Origin: an uncultured Gemmatimonadales bacterium
Lineage (GTDB): Bacteria; Gemmatimonadota; Gemmatimonadetes; Gemmatimonadales; Gemmatimonadaceae
Direction of reading: 5' to 3'
Assembly: GCA_963793305.1 (NCBI GenBank)
Contig: CAWBZV010000003.1
Location: 768,001 to 832,000, forward strand
DNA: 64,000 nucleotides
The translations under genes were made by a program, and so were the position numbers. Below, one piece after another: positions 20,929-30,419 of this stretch. The notes under the pieces are model-generated. The model ran no database searches, was not told where the DNA came from, and saw nothing but the letters and a program-made list of their open reading frames with translations. The first letter of the stretch is position 1, and each line of letters begins with the position of its first letter.

Positions 20929-22026
20929 TCATCGGCGGGTCTCGACTTCGTGGTAGACCCGAACCAAGTCACGCGCGATGGCCGCGAAGCTCAGCCGCCG
21001 TTCGAAATCCGCGGCAACGTCGTTCGATGCCTGCGGGAGCGGCCGTGTCATCGCGCGCCGGAACGCGGCGGCGAACGCGTTGGCGTCGCCGGGTGGCCAG
21101 AGCTCGCCACTCGCACCCACGATCCGTCGGAACGATGGGATGTCGCTCACGACCGGTACGACGCCGCACGCCATGGCTTCGAGCAGCGAGTACCCGCCGC
21201 TCTCGGAGTGGCTGCCGAGCACGAAATAGTCTGCGCTACTATAGATGTCCTGGAGCTCGGCGTGCGGCCTGGGCCCCAGGAGCGTGATCGCGGGATGAGC
21301 CGGGAGAGCGCTCCGGAGTGTGTCGTCAGTATAGACCATATAGAGGTGTGCGCCCGGCACCTCCGATAACGCGGACAGAAATCCCCGAACAACCGTGACC
21401 GGGTCCTTGAGCGCGATCAGCCGGCCCACCCAGAGCACGACCGGCGAGCCCGCGAGACCCGTGCGCGCTCGGGCGGCGGCGCGGTCGGCGCGCCGGAACA
21501 GCGTCGAGCCCTCGGTGATCTCGTAGATGGGCTGACGCGCCGAGATGACGCCGGCATCGAGCCACGGCTTGGCCTGGTCGCGCGTCGTGAACACGAACGC
21601 ATCGATCGGAGCGAAGCACCAGCGGTGCAACGCGCGCAGGCGGCGCGACGGTGCACCCGCGTGGTCCTGCGCGATGAGCCGCGTAGTTGCCGGAAGTGCG
21701 GCACGCAGCGCTCGGAGTTGCAGCGGGAACGTGAGACCGTTCGCGTGGACGAGCGTGGGTTCGAGGCGTCTGGCGGCGCGGTGGAAGTCCCACGGGATGT
21801 CCCAGCGGCCGAGCCCGGGGCGTAGGCGGTCCGCGTGGAAGACATACGCCACGCCGTTCCGGTCAACGCGCGCGCTGCGGTGGAACCGCTGCAGCACCGT
21901 GATCTCGACGCCCTCGGACGCGAGGGCCTCCGCGGTCCCGCTCACGGTAACGTACCGCGCGAGGAGGTCCTCGGGCGACGCCAGCTCGCGGTCGTAGGCG
22001 TAGTTCAAGTACAGGACTCGCGTCAT
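20929..22026 (-). CDS. GT4 glycosyltransferase
   Basis: WVGRLIALKD, ESGGYSLLEAMACGVVPVVSD. Confidence 0.92.
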   Translation of the reverse strand: MTRVLYLNYAYDRELASPEDLLARYVTVSGTAEALASEGVEITVLQRFHRSARVDRNGVAYVFHADRLRPGLGRWDIPWDFHRAARRLEPTLVHANGLTFPLQLRALRAALPATTRLIAQDHAGAPSRRLRALHRWCFAPIDAFVFTTRDQAKPWLDAGVISARQPIYEITEGSTLFRRADRAAARARTGLAGSPVVLWVGRLIALKDPVTVVRGFLSALSEVPGAHLYMVYTDDTLRSALPAHPAITLLGPRPHAELQDIYSSADYFVLGSHSESGGYSLLEAMACGVVPVVSDIPSFRRIVGASGELWPPGDANAFAAAFRRAMTRPLPQASNDVAADFERRLSFAAIARDLVRVYHEVETRR

Positions 22027-22240
22027 CAATTCAAGTCCGGCTGGACCGCGCAAGCCGTGGCGATCGTTGCGGCCAAGACGACGCCGGGCGATCTCGCTAC
22101 AAGGTTGAGACGGACGCGCGCGGGCGTTACGTCCCGCGTCACAAGTGCGATGTGACCGGGTACTGTCCTCGTCGCGTTGCCCGCTGAGTCACAGCACATT
22201 CGCCCTGTCTTCGTCGATTCCGCAATTTTGTCAGCATCCG

Positions 22241-22280
22241 CCGTTTCTCAGCGTGCCACGCCATTCCTCAGCGTGCCACA
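22241..22280. promoter_or_regulatory. 20-bp tandem direct repeat, candidate AraC-type binding site
   Basis: ccgtttctcagcgtgccacg / ccattcctcagcgtgccaca (17/20) in the divergent intergenic region. Confidence 0.55.
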
Positions 22281-22464
22281 CGCGGCGCGTGACGTCTCAA
22301 AGTAGTCGTGTCTCCAATTCGCGTCACGTTGGCGCACGTTGTGTTTTCATGCGTGCGCAACAACCTGATAATCCACCGGCAATGGCGCGTCCTCGCAACG
22401 TGTCATATACTCGTCGCCCCGCGAAGCTCTCGTTGCTTCGTGTCACCGCCTCATCGAGCAGTCG

Positions 22465-23256
22465 ATGTCCGTCCGTCTCGCGTCATCGCTGGTGGCTGTG
22501 AACGTGTACCCCGAGCACCGGGCGCACATCGCCAGAGCCGTATGGCCGGTGTCTCGCATCGCGTTTCTGGACTACTGGGACATCGATCGACATCTCCGAC
22601 ACCAGGACGCCACCGAGGCGACGTACCTCGTCTCGATCAATCCCGTGAGTCGCTCCGAGATCAGCGACGTCATTCGCGAAATTCGTCGCGCCCGGCCGGT
22701 CACGCCGATTATCGCCTACGCCACGCTCCTCGACGACTGGGCCGTGGAAGCCGTCCGCGCGATCCAGGCTGGCGCCAACCATCTCGCGCTCCGCGGGTTC
22801 GATGACCTGCGACGCGTCATGTCGCACGTGCACGCCGACGCGCAACTCGTACCCGCGTGCGCGGATACCCTGAAGATCGTTCTCCCCTGGGTCCCGCAAC
22901 CGGCGCACACCGTCGTCGGACTCTGCACCATGCGCGCGGCGCGCACCCTGTCCGTGAACGACGTCGCGCACACGATCGGTACCAGCAAACGCTCCCTGCA
23001 CCGGCAGCTGCACTCGCTCGGCCTGCCCACCCCCGAATCCACCATCAGTTGGTGCCGGCTCTTCGTGGCCGTCTACCTCTTCGCCCTCAAACGCGAGCCC
23101 GTCGACCACGTCGCCGGTGCACTCGGCTTCGGAACCGGTGCGGAGCTCCGCAACATGCTGCGGCGATACACCGGGTGCACGCCCACCGCGACGCGCGACC
23201 CGGATGCCGTCTCGCGGCTGGCCCGACTCTATCGCCAAGCCGGGCGGACCGCATGA
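22465..23256 (+). CDS. AraC-family regulator with receiver-like N-terminus
   Basis: LSVNDVAHTIGTSKRSLHRQL...VDHVAGALGF...LRRYTGCTP. Confidence 0.85.
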   Translation: MSVRLASSLVAVNVYPEHRAHIARAVWPVSRIAFLDYWDIDRHLRHQDATEATYLVSINPVSRSEISDVIREIRRARPVTPIIAYATLLDDWAVEAVRAIQAGANHLALRGFDDLRRVMSHVHADAQLVPACADTLKIVLPWVPQPAHTVVGLCTMRAARTLSVNDVAHTIGTSKRSLHRQLHSLGLPTPESTISWCRLFVAVYLFALKREPVDHVAGALGFGTGAELRNMLRRYTGCTPTATRDPDAVSRLARLYRQAGRTA

Positions 23257-24638
23257 CCACCGAGATCGCACTCGCCGACGGACTGACGCGCGACTACCTC
23301 CTCCACCATCGCGTGTGCCCCACCGGATACGCCGACGGCGGCGCCGTTCGTATCTCGGCCGCGCCCGACGCGCTGCTCGACGACGCGCTCGATGATCTCC
23401 GCTTCGTCTACGGCGCCGAGGTCGTCGTCGAGCCGGCGAGCTTGGGCAACGTCGAACGCGCCATCGAACGGCTCACCACGCGCGCGGGCCGCGACATCGA
23501 GTTGGCGCGCGTCGATCACGAGGACGAGCGCACGGCCAATGTCCGCGACCTCGCGACGCAGCCGCCGGTCGTCCGGTTCGTCAACCTGCTCGTGCGCGAC
23601 GCCTACGACGCCGGCGCGAGCGACATCCATCTCGAATCGGCCCGATCCGGACTCGGCGTCCGGTTCCGGCTGGACGGCGTGCTTGGCCCCGCGCCCGAGC
23701 CGCCGGCCGAGCTAGCCCACGCGGTCGTCTCGCGCATCAAGCTCCTGGCCGAGCTCGACATCGCCGAGCGGCGGCGGCCACAGGACGGTCGCATACGTGT
23801 ACGGCTCGAAGACCGGGAGCTCGACCTTCGCGTGTCGACCGTGCCAACACTCTTCGGCGAAAGCGTCGTGCTCCGACTACTCGATCGCGGCGGTCGACCC
23901 GTCGCACTCGAGGAGCTCGGCATGCCGGCCGGGATCCTGGCGAGCGTCAGCCGCCTCGCCGCGCGGCCCCATGGCATGATCCTCGTGACCGGGCCGACCG
24001 GTAGCGGAAAGACCACGACACTCTACTCCGCACTCCAGCGGCGCGACACGAAGGCCGAGAAAATTATCACGGTCGAGGACCCGGTCGAATATGAGTTGCC
24101 GGGGATCACCCAGGTCCCGGTGCACCGGCAAGCCGGCGTCACGTTCGCCGCCGCGCTCCGGTCCATTCTTCGCCAGGACCCCAACGTCGTCATGCTCGGC
24201 GAGATGCGCGACCCCGAGACGGCCGAAGTCGCGGTGCAAGCGGCCATGACCGGCCACGTGGTGTTCTCGACCCTGCACACGAACGACGCCGTGAGCGCGA
24301 TCCCGCGGCTCGTCGACCTCGGCGTCCCGCCCTATCTCATCGCCGCCACGCTGGACGGCGTACTCGCCCAACGCTTGGTGAGAAAAATCTGCGACGCCTG
24401 TCGCGGCGAGCAATGTCCGGCATGTCGCAACACGGGCTATCGCGGGCGGCTCGGTCTGTTCGAGCTATTCCCCGTCGACGATGAGGCAAAGCAAGCGATT
24501 GTCTCCGGCGCCTCGCGCGCCGATCTCACGGCGCTCGCCCGAACGAAAGGCATGCGAACGCTGGCCGAGGATGGCCAGACGAAAGTGGCGGCTGGGCTCA
24601 CGACTCTCGAGGAGGTACTCCGTGCGGCGGACGCGTAA
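23253..24638 (+). CDS. gspE: T2SS ATPase GspE
   Basis: ASDIHLE, PQDGRI, GPTGSGKTT, TVEDPVE, LRQDP, GEMRD, TGH.VFSTLH, CxxC pair. Confidence 0.95.
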   Translation: MTTEIALADGLTRDYLLHHRVCPTGYADGGAVRISAAPDALLDDALDDLRFVYGAEVVVEPASLGNVERAIERLTTRAGRDIELARVDHEDERTANVRDLATQPPVVRFVNLLVRDAYDAGASDIHLESARSGLGVRFRLDGVLGPAPEPPAELAHAVVSRIKLLAELDIAERRRPQDGRIRVRLEDRELDLRVSTVPTLFGESVVLRLLDRGGRPVALEELGMPAGILASVSRLAARPHGMILVTGPTGSGKTTTLYSALQRRDTKAEKIITVEDPVEYELPGITQVPVHRQAGVTFAAALRSILRQDPNVVMLGEMRDPETAEVAVQAAMTGHVVFSTLHTNDAVSAIPRLVDLGVPPYLIAATLDGVLAQRLVRKICDACRGEQCPACRNTGYRGRLGLFELFPVDDEAKQAIVSGASRADLTALARTKGMRTLAEDGQTKVAAGLTTLEEVLRAADA

Positions 24639-25065
24639 CGCATTTACGCTCATTGAGCTCATCGTCGTTATCGCGATCATCGCGACGCTGGCCGCCGTCG
24701 TGGCGCCGGCCGTGTTCAGAAATGTCGGCGATGCAAAAGTCGGCGCCGCGAAGAGTCAGATCGAAGTCTTCGCGCTGGCGCTCAACGCGTATCGGCTGGA
24801 CAACGACAACTTCCCGACCACTGATCAGGGCCTGGAAGCGCTGCGCACGTCGCCGACCGCCGGCGATCCACCGCGGAACTGGCGCGGGCCATACCTGAGT
24901 CGTGTCGTACCGCTCGATCCCTGGGGCCGGCCCTACGTCTATGTGGCACCCGGCAAAACGAACCCGCAGTCGTTCGATCTCTATACGCTTGGGCGAGACG
25001 GGAAGCCCGGTGGTGATGGCGAGGATGCCGACATCACCTCATGGGGCGGCCCAGTCCAGCCGTGA
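24622..25065 (+). CDS. gspG: T2SS major pseudopilin GspG
   Basis: AFTLIEL, YRLD, PTTDQGLEAL, NWRGPYL, DPWG, DGKPGG.GEDADI; GGAGG + GTG start. Confidence 0.95.
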   Translation: MRRTRNAFTLIELIVVIAIIATLAAVVAPAVFRNVGDAKVGAAKSQIEVFALALNAYRLDNDNFPTTDQGLEALRTSPTAGDPPRNWRGPYLSRVVPLDPWGRPYVYVAPGKTNPQSFDLYTLGRDGKPGGDGEDADITSWGGPVQP

Positions 25066-26249
25066 CGACTTCGGCGTACTCGTATCGCGCCGCGCGCGGC
25101 GATGGCACCGTGGAGCTCGGCACCGTCGATGCCGCGAGTCGGGATGCCGCGTCGAGTGTCCTCTCCGGCCGCGGCCTGTGGGTACTCAACGTCCGGCCCG
25201 CCACGCCAACCCTGACTCGCGCCAAGCTCTCGTCCGGTGAGCTGGCATTGGGACTGAGACTGCTTGGCTCGCTGCTCGACGCGGGACTGCCCGTGGCGCG
25301 CGCACTCGCCGCGTTCGCCGACGTTGCGCCCGATGGCTGGCGGCCCGCGCTCGGCGGACTCACGGCCGGTGTCCGCGAAGGACAGTCCTTAGGCGCCGCG
25401 CTCGGAGCAAGCCCGATCGACATCCCGGCCGTCGTCATCGGCATGGTGCAAGCCGGCGAAGCCGGCAGCGGCCTCTCGGCCGCCGTCATCCGTGCCGCCG
25501 ATCTCATGGAGTCGGCCGCGGCCACGCGTTCGGCAGTGCGCAGCGCGCTCGTCTACCCGGTCGTGCTCACCGTCGCCGGCTCGGGGTCACTCGTGTTGCT
25601 CGTCGGCGTCGTCCTCCCGCGATTCGCGAAGGTGCTCGCCGATCTGGGCGCCGCGCTACCGGCGAGCACGCGCGCCGTGCTCGATATCTCCGCGGTCGTG
25701 CGCGCCGGGGCGATACCGGGCGCAATCGCGTTGGCCTTGGCACTCGGTGCATGGCGGGCATGGGTCGGCACCGCGAGCGGGCGAGCGCGGTGGGACGCAT
25801 GGCTTCTCTCGCTGCCGCTCATCGGTACGATCCGACGTGCCTCCGGGACCGCACGAGTGGGAGCCGCCGTGGCGTCGCTCCTCGACAGCGGCGTGCCGAT
25901 CGCACCGGCGTTGCTCGCCGGAGCGAGAGCGAGCGGGGACGCGGCGCTCGAAGCGCGGCTCATGGAAGCGCGGGCCAGTGTCATCGCCGGGACGCCGTTG
26001 TCGAGCGCCATCGCGGCGAGCGACGCGGCGACATCGACTGTTGTGCGCCTCGTGCGAGCCGGCGAAGAGAGCGGGCGGCTGGCCGAGATGCTGAGTCGGG
26101 GGAGTGTGCTGGAGGCGGAGCGGGCACGGAGGCTCGTGAACGGTGCCGTGAAGCTCTTGGAGCCGGCGCTCATTCTCATGTTCGGCGGCATCGTCGCGTT
26201 CGTCGCCGCGGCACTGCTGCAAGCCGTGTACAGCGTGCGGCCGACATGA
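25062..26249 (+). CDS. gspF: T2SS platform protein GspF
   Basis: GMVQAGEAG, SALVYP, AGEESGRL, LLEPALI. Confidence 0.92.
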   Translation: MTTSAYSYRAARGDGTVELGTVDAASRDAASSVLSGRGLWVLNVRPATPTLTRAKLSSGELALGLRLLGSLLDAGLPVARALAAFADVAPDGWRPALGGLTAGVREGQSLGAALGASPIDIPAVVIGMVQAGEAGSGLSAAVIRAADLMESAAATRSAVRSALVYPVVLTVAGSGSLVLLVGVVLPRFAKVLADLGAALPASTRAVLDISAVVRAGAIPGAIALALALGAWRAWVGTASGRARWDAWLLSLPLIGTIRRASGTARVGAAVASLLDSGVPIAPALLAGARASGDAALEARLMEARASVIAGTPLSSAIAASDAATSTVVRLVRAGEESGRLAEMLSRGSVLEAERARRLVNGAVKLLEPALILMFGGIVAFVAAALLQAVYSVRPT

Positions 26250-26545
26250 ACCGACTCGGTGTCACACTGATCGAGCTCATCGTCGTGCTGGCGATCCTGA
26301 GCGTCATGGCGGGCGTGACGACGCTGGCGTTTCGGAGCGCGGACATGACGCCGCGAGTTGCGCCGTGGGTGAGCGCGATTGCCGCGGCGCGGCGGACCGC
26401 GGTGGACTCGAACCGCACGGTGAGCCTCACCGTGCGGGTAGGCGACAACGTGTATGCGGCGACCGCTCTCCCAGACGGGAGTGTCGTCGCGGACGCAGCC
26501 TTGGGCGTCGACCGGGTCACCGGAGAGGTCACGCGTGCGCCGTAG
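26246..26545 (+). CDS. Minor pseudopilin (GspH-like)
   Basis: MNRLG|VTLIELIVV prepilin motif. Confidence 0.8.
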   Translation: MNRLGVTLIELIVVLAILSVMAGVTTLAFRSADMTPRVAPWVSAIAAARRTAVDSNRTVSLTVRVGDNVYAATALPDGSVVADAALGVDRVTGEVTRAP

Positions 26546-26891
26546 ACCACGTCGCGGGGTGGTGCTGCTGGAAGCGATCGTGGCGCTCACGATCCTGACC
26601 ATCGCCGCGCTGGCCAGCGCCGCGATGGTTCGGCAAGCCGTGGACGGTGTGCGCCGCGCGCAGGAGGCCGAGCACGACGTCCGTAAGGCGAGCGCCTTCA
26701 TGGAGGCGATCGCGCTCTGGCCGCGCGCCGATCTCGACCGGCACCTCGGTAATCGCGCCGAAGGCCCCTGGCGGCTCCAGATCGATCGGCCGGTGCCGAC
26801 GCTATACCTGGTTGCGCTGACGGACTCGCTGGCGCGGCGTGAGCTCGTGCGGACCGCGCTCTACAGGCCGGAGCCGCCCAGTGCGCCGTAG
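26535..26891 (+). CDS. Minor pseudopilin (GspI-like)
   Basis: RRG|VVLLEAIVAL prepilin motif. Confidence 0.78.
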   Translation: MRRRPRRGVVLLEAIVALTILTIAALASAAMVRQAVDGVRRAQEAEHDVRKASAFMEAIALWPRADLDRHLGNRAEGPWRLQIDRPVPTLYLVALTDSLARRELVRTALYRPEPPSAP

Positions 26892-27420
26892 CCGGAGGCG
26901 AGGGTTCACCCTCATCGAGCTCATGGTCGCGATCACGCTGTCCGGCATCGTGCTCCTCGGCGCGCGCGCGCTGTGGGAATCGCTCGCGGGATCCGTCGAC
27001 CGGCTGCGGACCCAGGCGACTGCCGACGCCCGAGACATGAATGGCGAGCGGCTACTGCGGTCGCTCGTGGGCCGGCTCGAGGTCGGCACCGACCAATCGC
27101 ACGAGTTCGCGGGCGATGAGTCCCATGCCCAGTTCACGACGTGGTGCGATATGCCGGCCGGGTGGCAGGAGCGGTGCGACGCGGTGATCGCGATCGAGCC
27201 CGACTCGAGCGCGGGACTGAGGCTCGTCGCGCGACTCTCGACCGGTGATGTCGTCGCGCTCGAGCGCGGGTTCAGCACCGGGAAGCTCCGCTATCTCAAT
27301 GATCCCATTGGCGGGGGCGTGTGGTTCCGGATCTGGGGTCACGGGATCACGGCGCCACTGGCGATCGGCGTCATCACCGATGGCGACACCACGATCGTAC
27401 GGATCGGGGAGCGCGGGTGA
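26881..27420 (+). CDS. Minor pseudopilin (GspJ-like)
   Basis: RRG|FTLIELMVAI prepilin motif. Confidence 0.8.
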   Translation: MRRSRRRGFTLIELMVAITLSGIVLLGARALWESLAGSVDRLRTQATADARDMNGERLLRSLVGRLEVGTDQSHEFAGDESHAQFTTWCDMPAGWQERCDAVIAIEPDSSAGLRLVARLSTGDVVALERGFSTGKLRYLNDPIGGGVWFRIWGHGITAPLAIGVITDGDTTIVRIGERG

Positions 27421-28334
27421 CGACCCGGCGAAACGGCTTCGCGTTGCTCGCGGCGCTCTGGGTGACGGTCGCCCTGAGCGCGATGGCCCTGACGGGCCTC
27501 TTGGTGGCTCGCGAGGTCATGAGCGGCTCAAGAAACCGGATCGCGCTCATGCGCGGCCAGTGGCGGGCCGAGGACTGCCTCGAGCGCGCGCGAGCGGTGA
27601 TCAATGACGCGCTGAGCGGCGGGCACGCGATCCCGCGGCCGGTCGCCGGTGGATGGGAGGCACTCGATCGCGTCGTCGCCGCGTCGCCAGCCATCACCGA
27701 CGCCGCGTGCGACGTGACGCTGGCGCCCGCGGGCATGGCGGTGGACTTGAACACGGCCGATGGCGAGCAACTGCTCGCGCTGTTCCGCGCAATGGGTATT
27801 GGCGAGCCGCGTGCCGACTCGATGGTCGACGCGCTGCTCGACTGGCGCGATGCGGACGACATCCCGCGACCGCTGGGAGCCGAGCGGAGCTGGTATCACG
27901 CGGAGGGGCGGTTCGCGCCGCGCAATGGGCCGTTCGCTGACGTCAAGGAGCTGCGCCGCGTGCGCGGGTTCGAGGATCTGCCGGACTCGATACTCGACGC
28001 GGTGTTCACGGTCGAGCCGGGGCGGATCGTATGGACGCGCGCGCCGCTCGTGGTGCTGGCGAGCCTTCCTGGCATTGGTGAGGAGGCCCTGGCGCGGATC
28101 ATCGAGCGACGCGAGCGCGGCATCTCGGTCGCGGACATGAACGCGCTCTCGGCCGACCTGTCACCCGGCGCGCGACAACTGCTCGTCGCGCGGTATGGCG
28201 ATCTCGCTCGGCTGACGACGGACCGGCCCGACTCATGGATCCTCACCGCGCGTGGGGGCAGCTACGCGATCGAAGTCCGCCTCGCCCCGGCGGGCTCGCG
28301 CGCCGCCATCGTGCGACGCCGGACGACGCCATGA
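27417..28334 (+). CDS. gspK: Minor pseudopilin GspK
   Basis: G|FALLAALW without Glu5, VDLNTA, LLDWRDAD, GAE..Y, PRNGPF, ELRRVRG. Confidence 0.9.
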   Translation: MTTRRNGFALLAALWVTVALSAMALTGLLVAREVMSGSRNRIALMRGQWRAEDCLERARAVINDALSGGHAIPRPVAGGWEALDRVVAASPAITDAACDVTLAPAGMAVDLNTADGEQLLALFRAMGIGEPRADSMVDALLDWRDADDIPRPLGAERSWYHAEGRFAPRNGPFADVKELRRVRGFEDLPDSILDAVFTVEPGRIVWTRAPLVVLASLPGIGEEALARIIERRERGISVADMNALSADLSPGARQLLVARYGDLARLTTDRPDSWILTARGGSYAIEVRLAPAGSRAAIVRRRTTP

Positions 28335-29377
28335 GTCTCACCGTCGGCCTGGCCATCGAGCGCGATCGACTCCGCGCCGTCGGCGTGCGCGGGGCGCGCG
28401 TCCTCTGGGGCGTGGACGCCTCCCTCACCGACTCGACGCCGCTCGCCGACGCACTCACGGAGTTCCTGGCGCAACTGCCGCTCGGCCGATTCTCGCGGCC
28501 ACGGGTCACGATAGCGCTTGGCGCCACCTTCGCGCAAACGAAGCGACTTGCTGGCCTCCCGCCGATCGGTGATGAGCGCCTGTTGGCGCGAACCGTGAGC
28601 GAGCACGCGTCCCGGTTCTTCCTCAAGAACGGCGTCCCGCTCGTGACGACGTCGGTTCGTCTCGACGAGCACGGAAACCCATGGGGCGCCGCGCTGCAAA
28701 AGACCGTCGTCGACACGATCGTGAGCGCGTGCCGCACGAGCCGCCTTCGACTCTCCGGCATCGTGCCGGCAGTCGATGTCGCCAGGACCGAGGTCGCGGC
28801 CCTCGCGCCATTGGGCAGCGAAGCGACGCTGTTCGCGGCGGCGTACGGAGCCGCGGTGACCGCCGGCGCGCTCACGTGGCGCGCGGGAACCACGGACCAC
28901 GAGGTCGCGCCGCGCTGGCGCATGATCACCATAGCGAGCGCCGCGGGAATGGCGCTTCTCCTCGCGATCCTCGCGCCCGGCCTGGGCGCCCGCGTCGCCG
29001 AGCATCGCGCGGTTGCGCATCTGGCGACGATCGCGGCGTCGACGCGAGCGACGCAGCGCGTCGCGCGCGACTTAGGGTTGGTGACCGAGGCCCTCGGCGA
29101 GGTCGCGACGTTCGATCGCGGTCGCCGGCCGGTGACGATGCTGATGGCCGCGCTCGCCAAGGCCTTGCCGGACGGCGCGGCGTTGTTGGCGTTCCACGTC
29201 GACAGCGCGGGCGGTTCCGTTGTCGCCCTCGCGCCGCGCGCCGCTTCGCTGCTCACGCGTCTGGAAAGCGTGTCAGGGCTCGCTTCGCCGGAGATCGTGG
29301 GACCCGTGACCCGCGAGACGGCGGCCGGAAATCAGGTCGAGCGCGTGACGATCCGATTCCGGTGGAGCACGAAATGA
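28331..29377 (+). CDS. GspL/PilN-like assembly protein
   Basis: Cytoplasmic domain, TM, periplasmic LAKALPD...F; operon position. Confidence 0.65.
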   Translation: MSLTVGLAIERDRLRAVGVRGARVLWGVDASLTDSTPLADALTEFLAQLPLGRFSRPRVTIALGATFAQTKRLAGLPPIGDERLLARTVSEHASRFFLKNGVPLVTTSVRLDEHGNPWGAALQKTVVDTIVSACRTSRLRLSGIVPAVDVARTEVAALAPLGSEATLFAAAYGAAVTAGALTWRAGTTDHEVAPRWRMITIASAAGMALLLAILAPGLGARVAEHRAVAHLATIAASTRATQRVARDLGLVTEALGEVATFDRGRRPVTMLMAALAKALPDGAALLAFHVDSAGGSVVALAPRAASLLTRLESVSGLASPEIVGPVTRETAAGNQVERVTIRFRWSTK

Positions 29378-29955
29378 CGACACTCTCCGCGCGCGACCGA
29401 CGCACGCTGCTCGTGGGGAGTGCGGTCATCGCGTCCCTCGTCGTGCTTGCCAAGGGCGTTCCGGCTTGGCGCCAATGGGTGGCCGAGTCACGCTCGGGCG
29501 CCGAGGAGCAAGCGCGGGCGGCCGCGAGCGCGGATGCGCTGCTCGCGCACGCGACGCCGATGCGGGACACGCTCGCCGCGCGGAACGTGCGGTACATCGC
29601 GCTCGCGCCGGCGGTCGTGGCAGGCAATACGCTGGCCGAAGCCTCGGCGACGTTGGCGTCGCTCGTGTCGAGTGCCGCGTCCGCGGCCGGGGTCAAGTTG
29701 GGTGCGGTGCAACTCCGGTCACCGGCTGATACCGGAGGGCGCCGGGCGTTCGTGCGCGTCAGCGTCCACGCCGATCTCGTTGGCGATATCCACGGCGTCA
29801 TGGCCATGCTCGCGATCCTGGAACGCGGGCCCGCGCGACTTCGCGTGCGCGAGCTCACGGTGACGCAGCCGGATGCCAGTGCGCCGGGCGATCGCGTGGA
29901 AGCATTACGGGCGGATCTCACGGTCGAGGGAGTAGCGATGGCAAAGCGCCAATGA
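29374..29955 (+). CDS. GspM-like protein
   Basis: LSARDRRTL + TM; LE....RLRVRELTV. Confidence 0.7.
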   Translation: MTTLSARDRRTLLVGSAVIASLVVLAKGVPAWRQWVAESRSGAEEQARAAASADALLAHATPMRDTLAARNVRYIALAPAVVAGNTLAEASATLASLVSSAASAAGVKLGAVQLRSPADTGGRRAFVRVSVHADLVGDIHGVMAMLAILERGPARLRVRELTVTQPDASAPGDRVEALRADLTVEGVAMAKRQ

Positions 29956-30419
29956 CGCGCGTCGAACGGGTTCTCATGGTCACCACCGCAGCCCTCGCCG
30001 CGCTCGCCGCGGTCGGTTGGTACTCGAACGCTCGCGCCGGAGCGCCAATGGGTGACTCGCTCGCGGGGGCCGCACGCGATGTCGGTGCGGCGCCTGCGGA
30101 ATCGATCGAAGCCGCCGCCGCGCGCGTGGCGGAGACAGACCCGTTTCGGATAGAACGGAAACCCGCCGCGATCGCGTACCGACCCGATCTCGAAGGGGTG
30201 GCGCCACCGCCCAAGCCGCCCAAGCCCCAGCTCGTACTCGAGGGGTTGGTCGGCGGCGCGGCGCTCATCGATGGCGCGCCGGGGCATCCCGCGACCGCCA
30301 TTGTGCACGTCGGCGATACGCTCGGCGGACTGCGCATTCGGCACATCGGCCGCGACACCGTCATCGTGTCGGGCTCGGACACGACCTGGCGACTGACCTT
30401 GAGGCACGCATGGCAATGA
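29952..30419 (+). CDS. GspC/PilP-like protein
   Basis: TM, DPFR, Pro-rich stretch, LVLEGLVG...ALIDG...VGDTLGG..IRHIGRDTV. Confidence 0.6.
   Translation: MTRVERVLMVTTAALAALAAVGWYSNARAGAPMGDSLAGAARDVGAAPAESIEAAAARVAETDPFRIERKPAAIAYRPDLEGVAPPPKPPKPQLVLEGLVGGAALIDGAPGHPATAIVHVGDTLGGLRIRHIGRDTVIVSGSDTTWRLTLRHAWQ

Noticed and set aside
22320..22400. Sigma54 promoter for the T2SS operon (tggcgcg...gc)
   Set aside because: GG-GC spacing is 9 rather than 10; the other TGGCAC sites lack the -12 GC.
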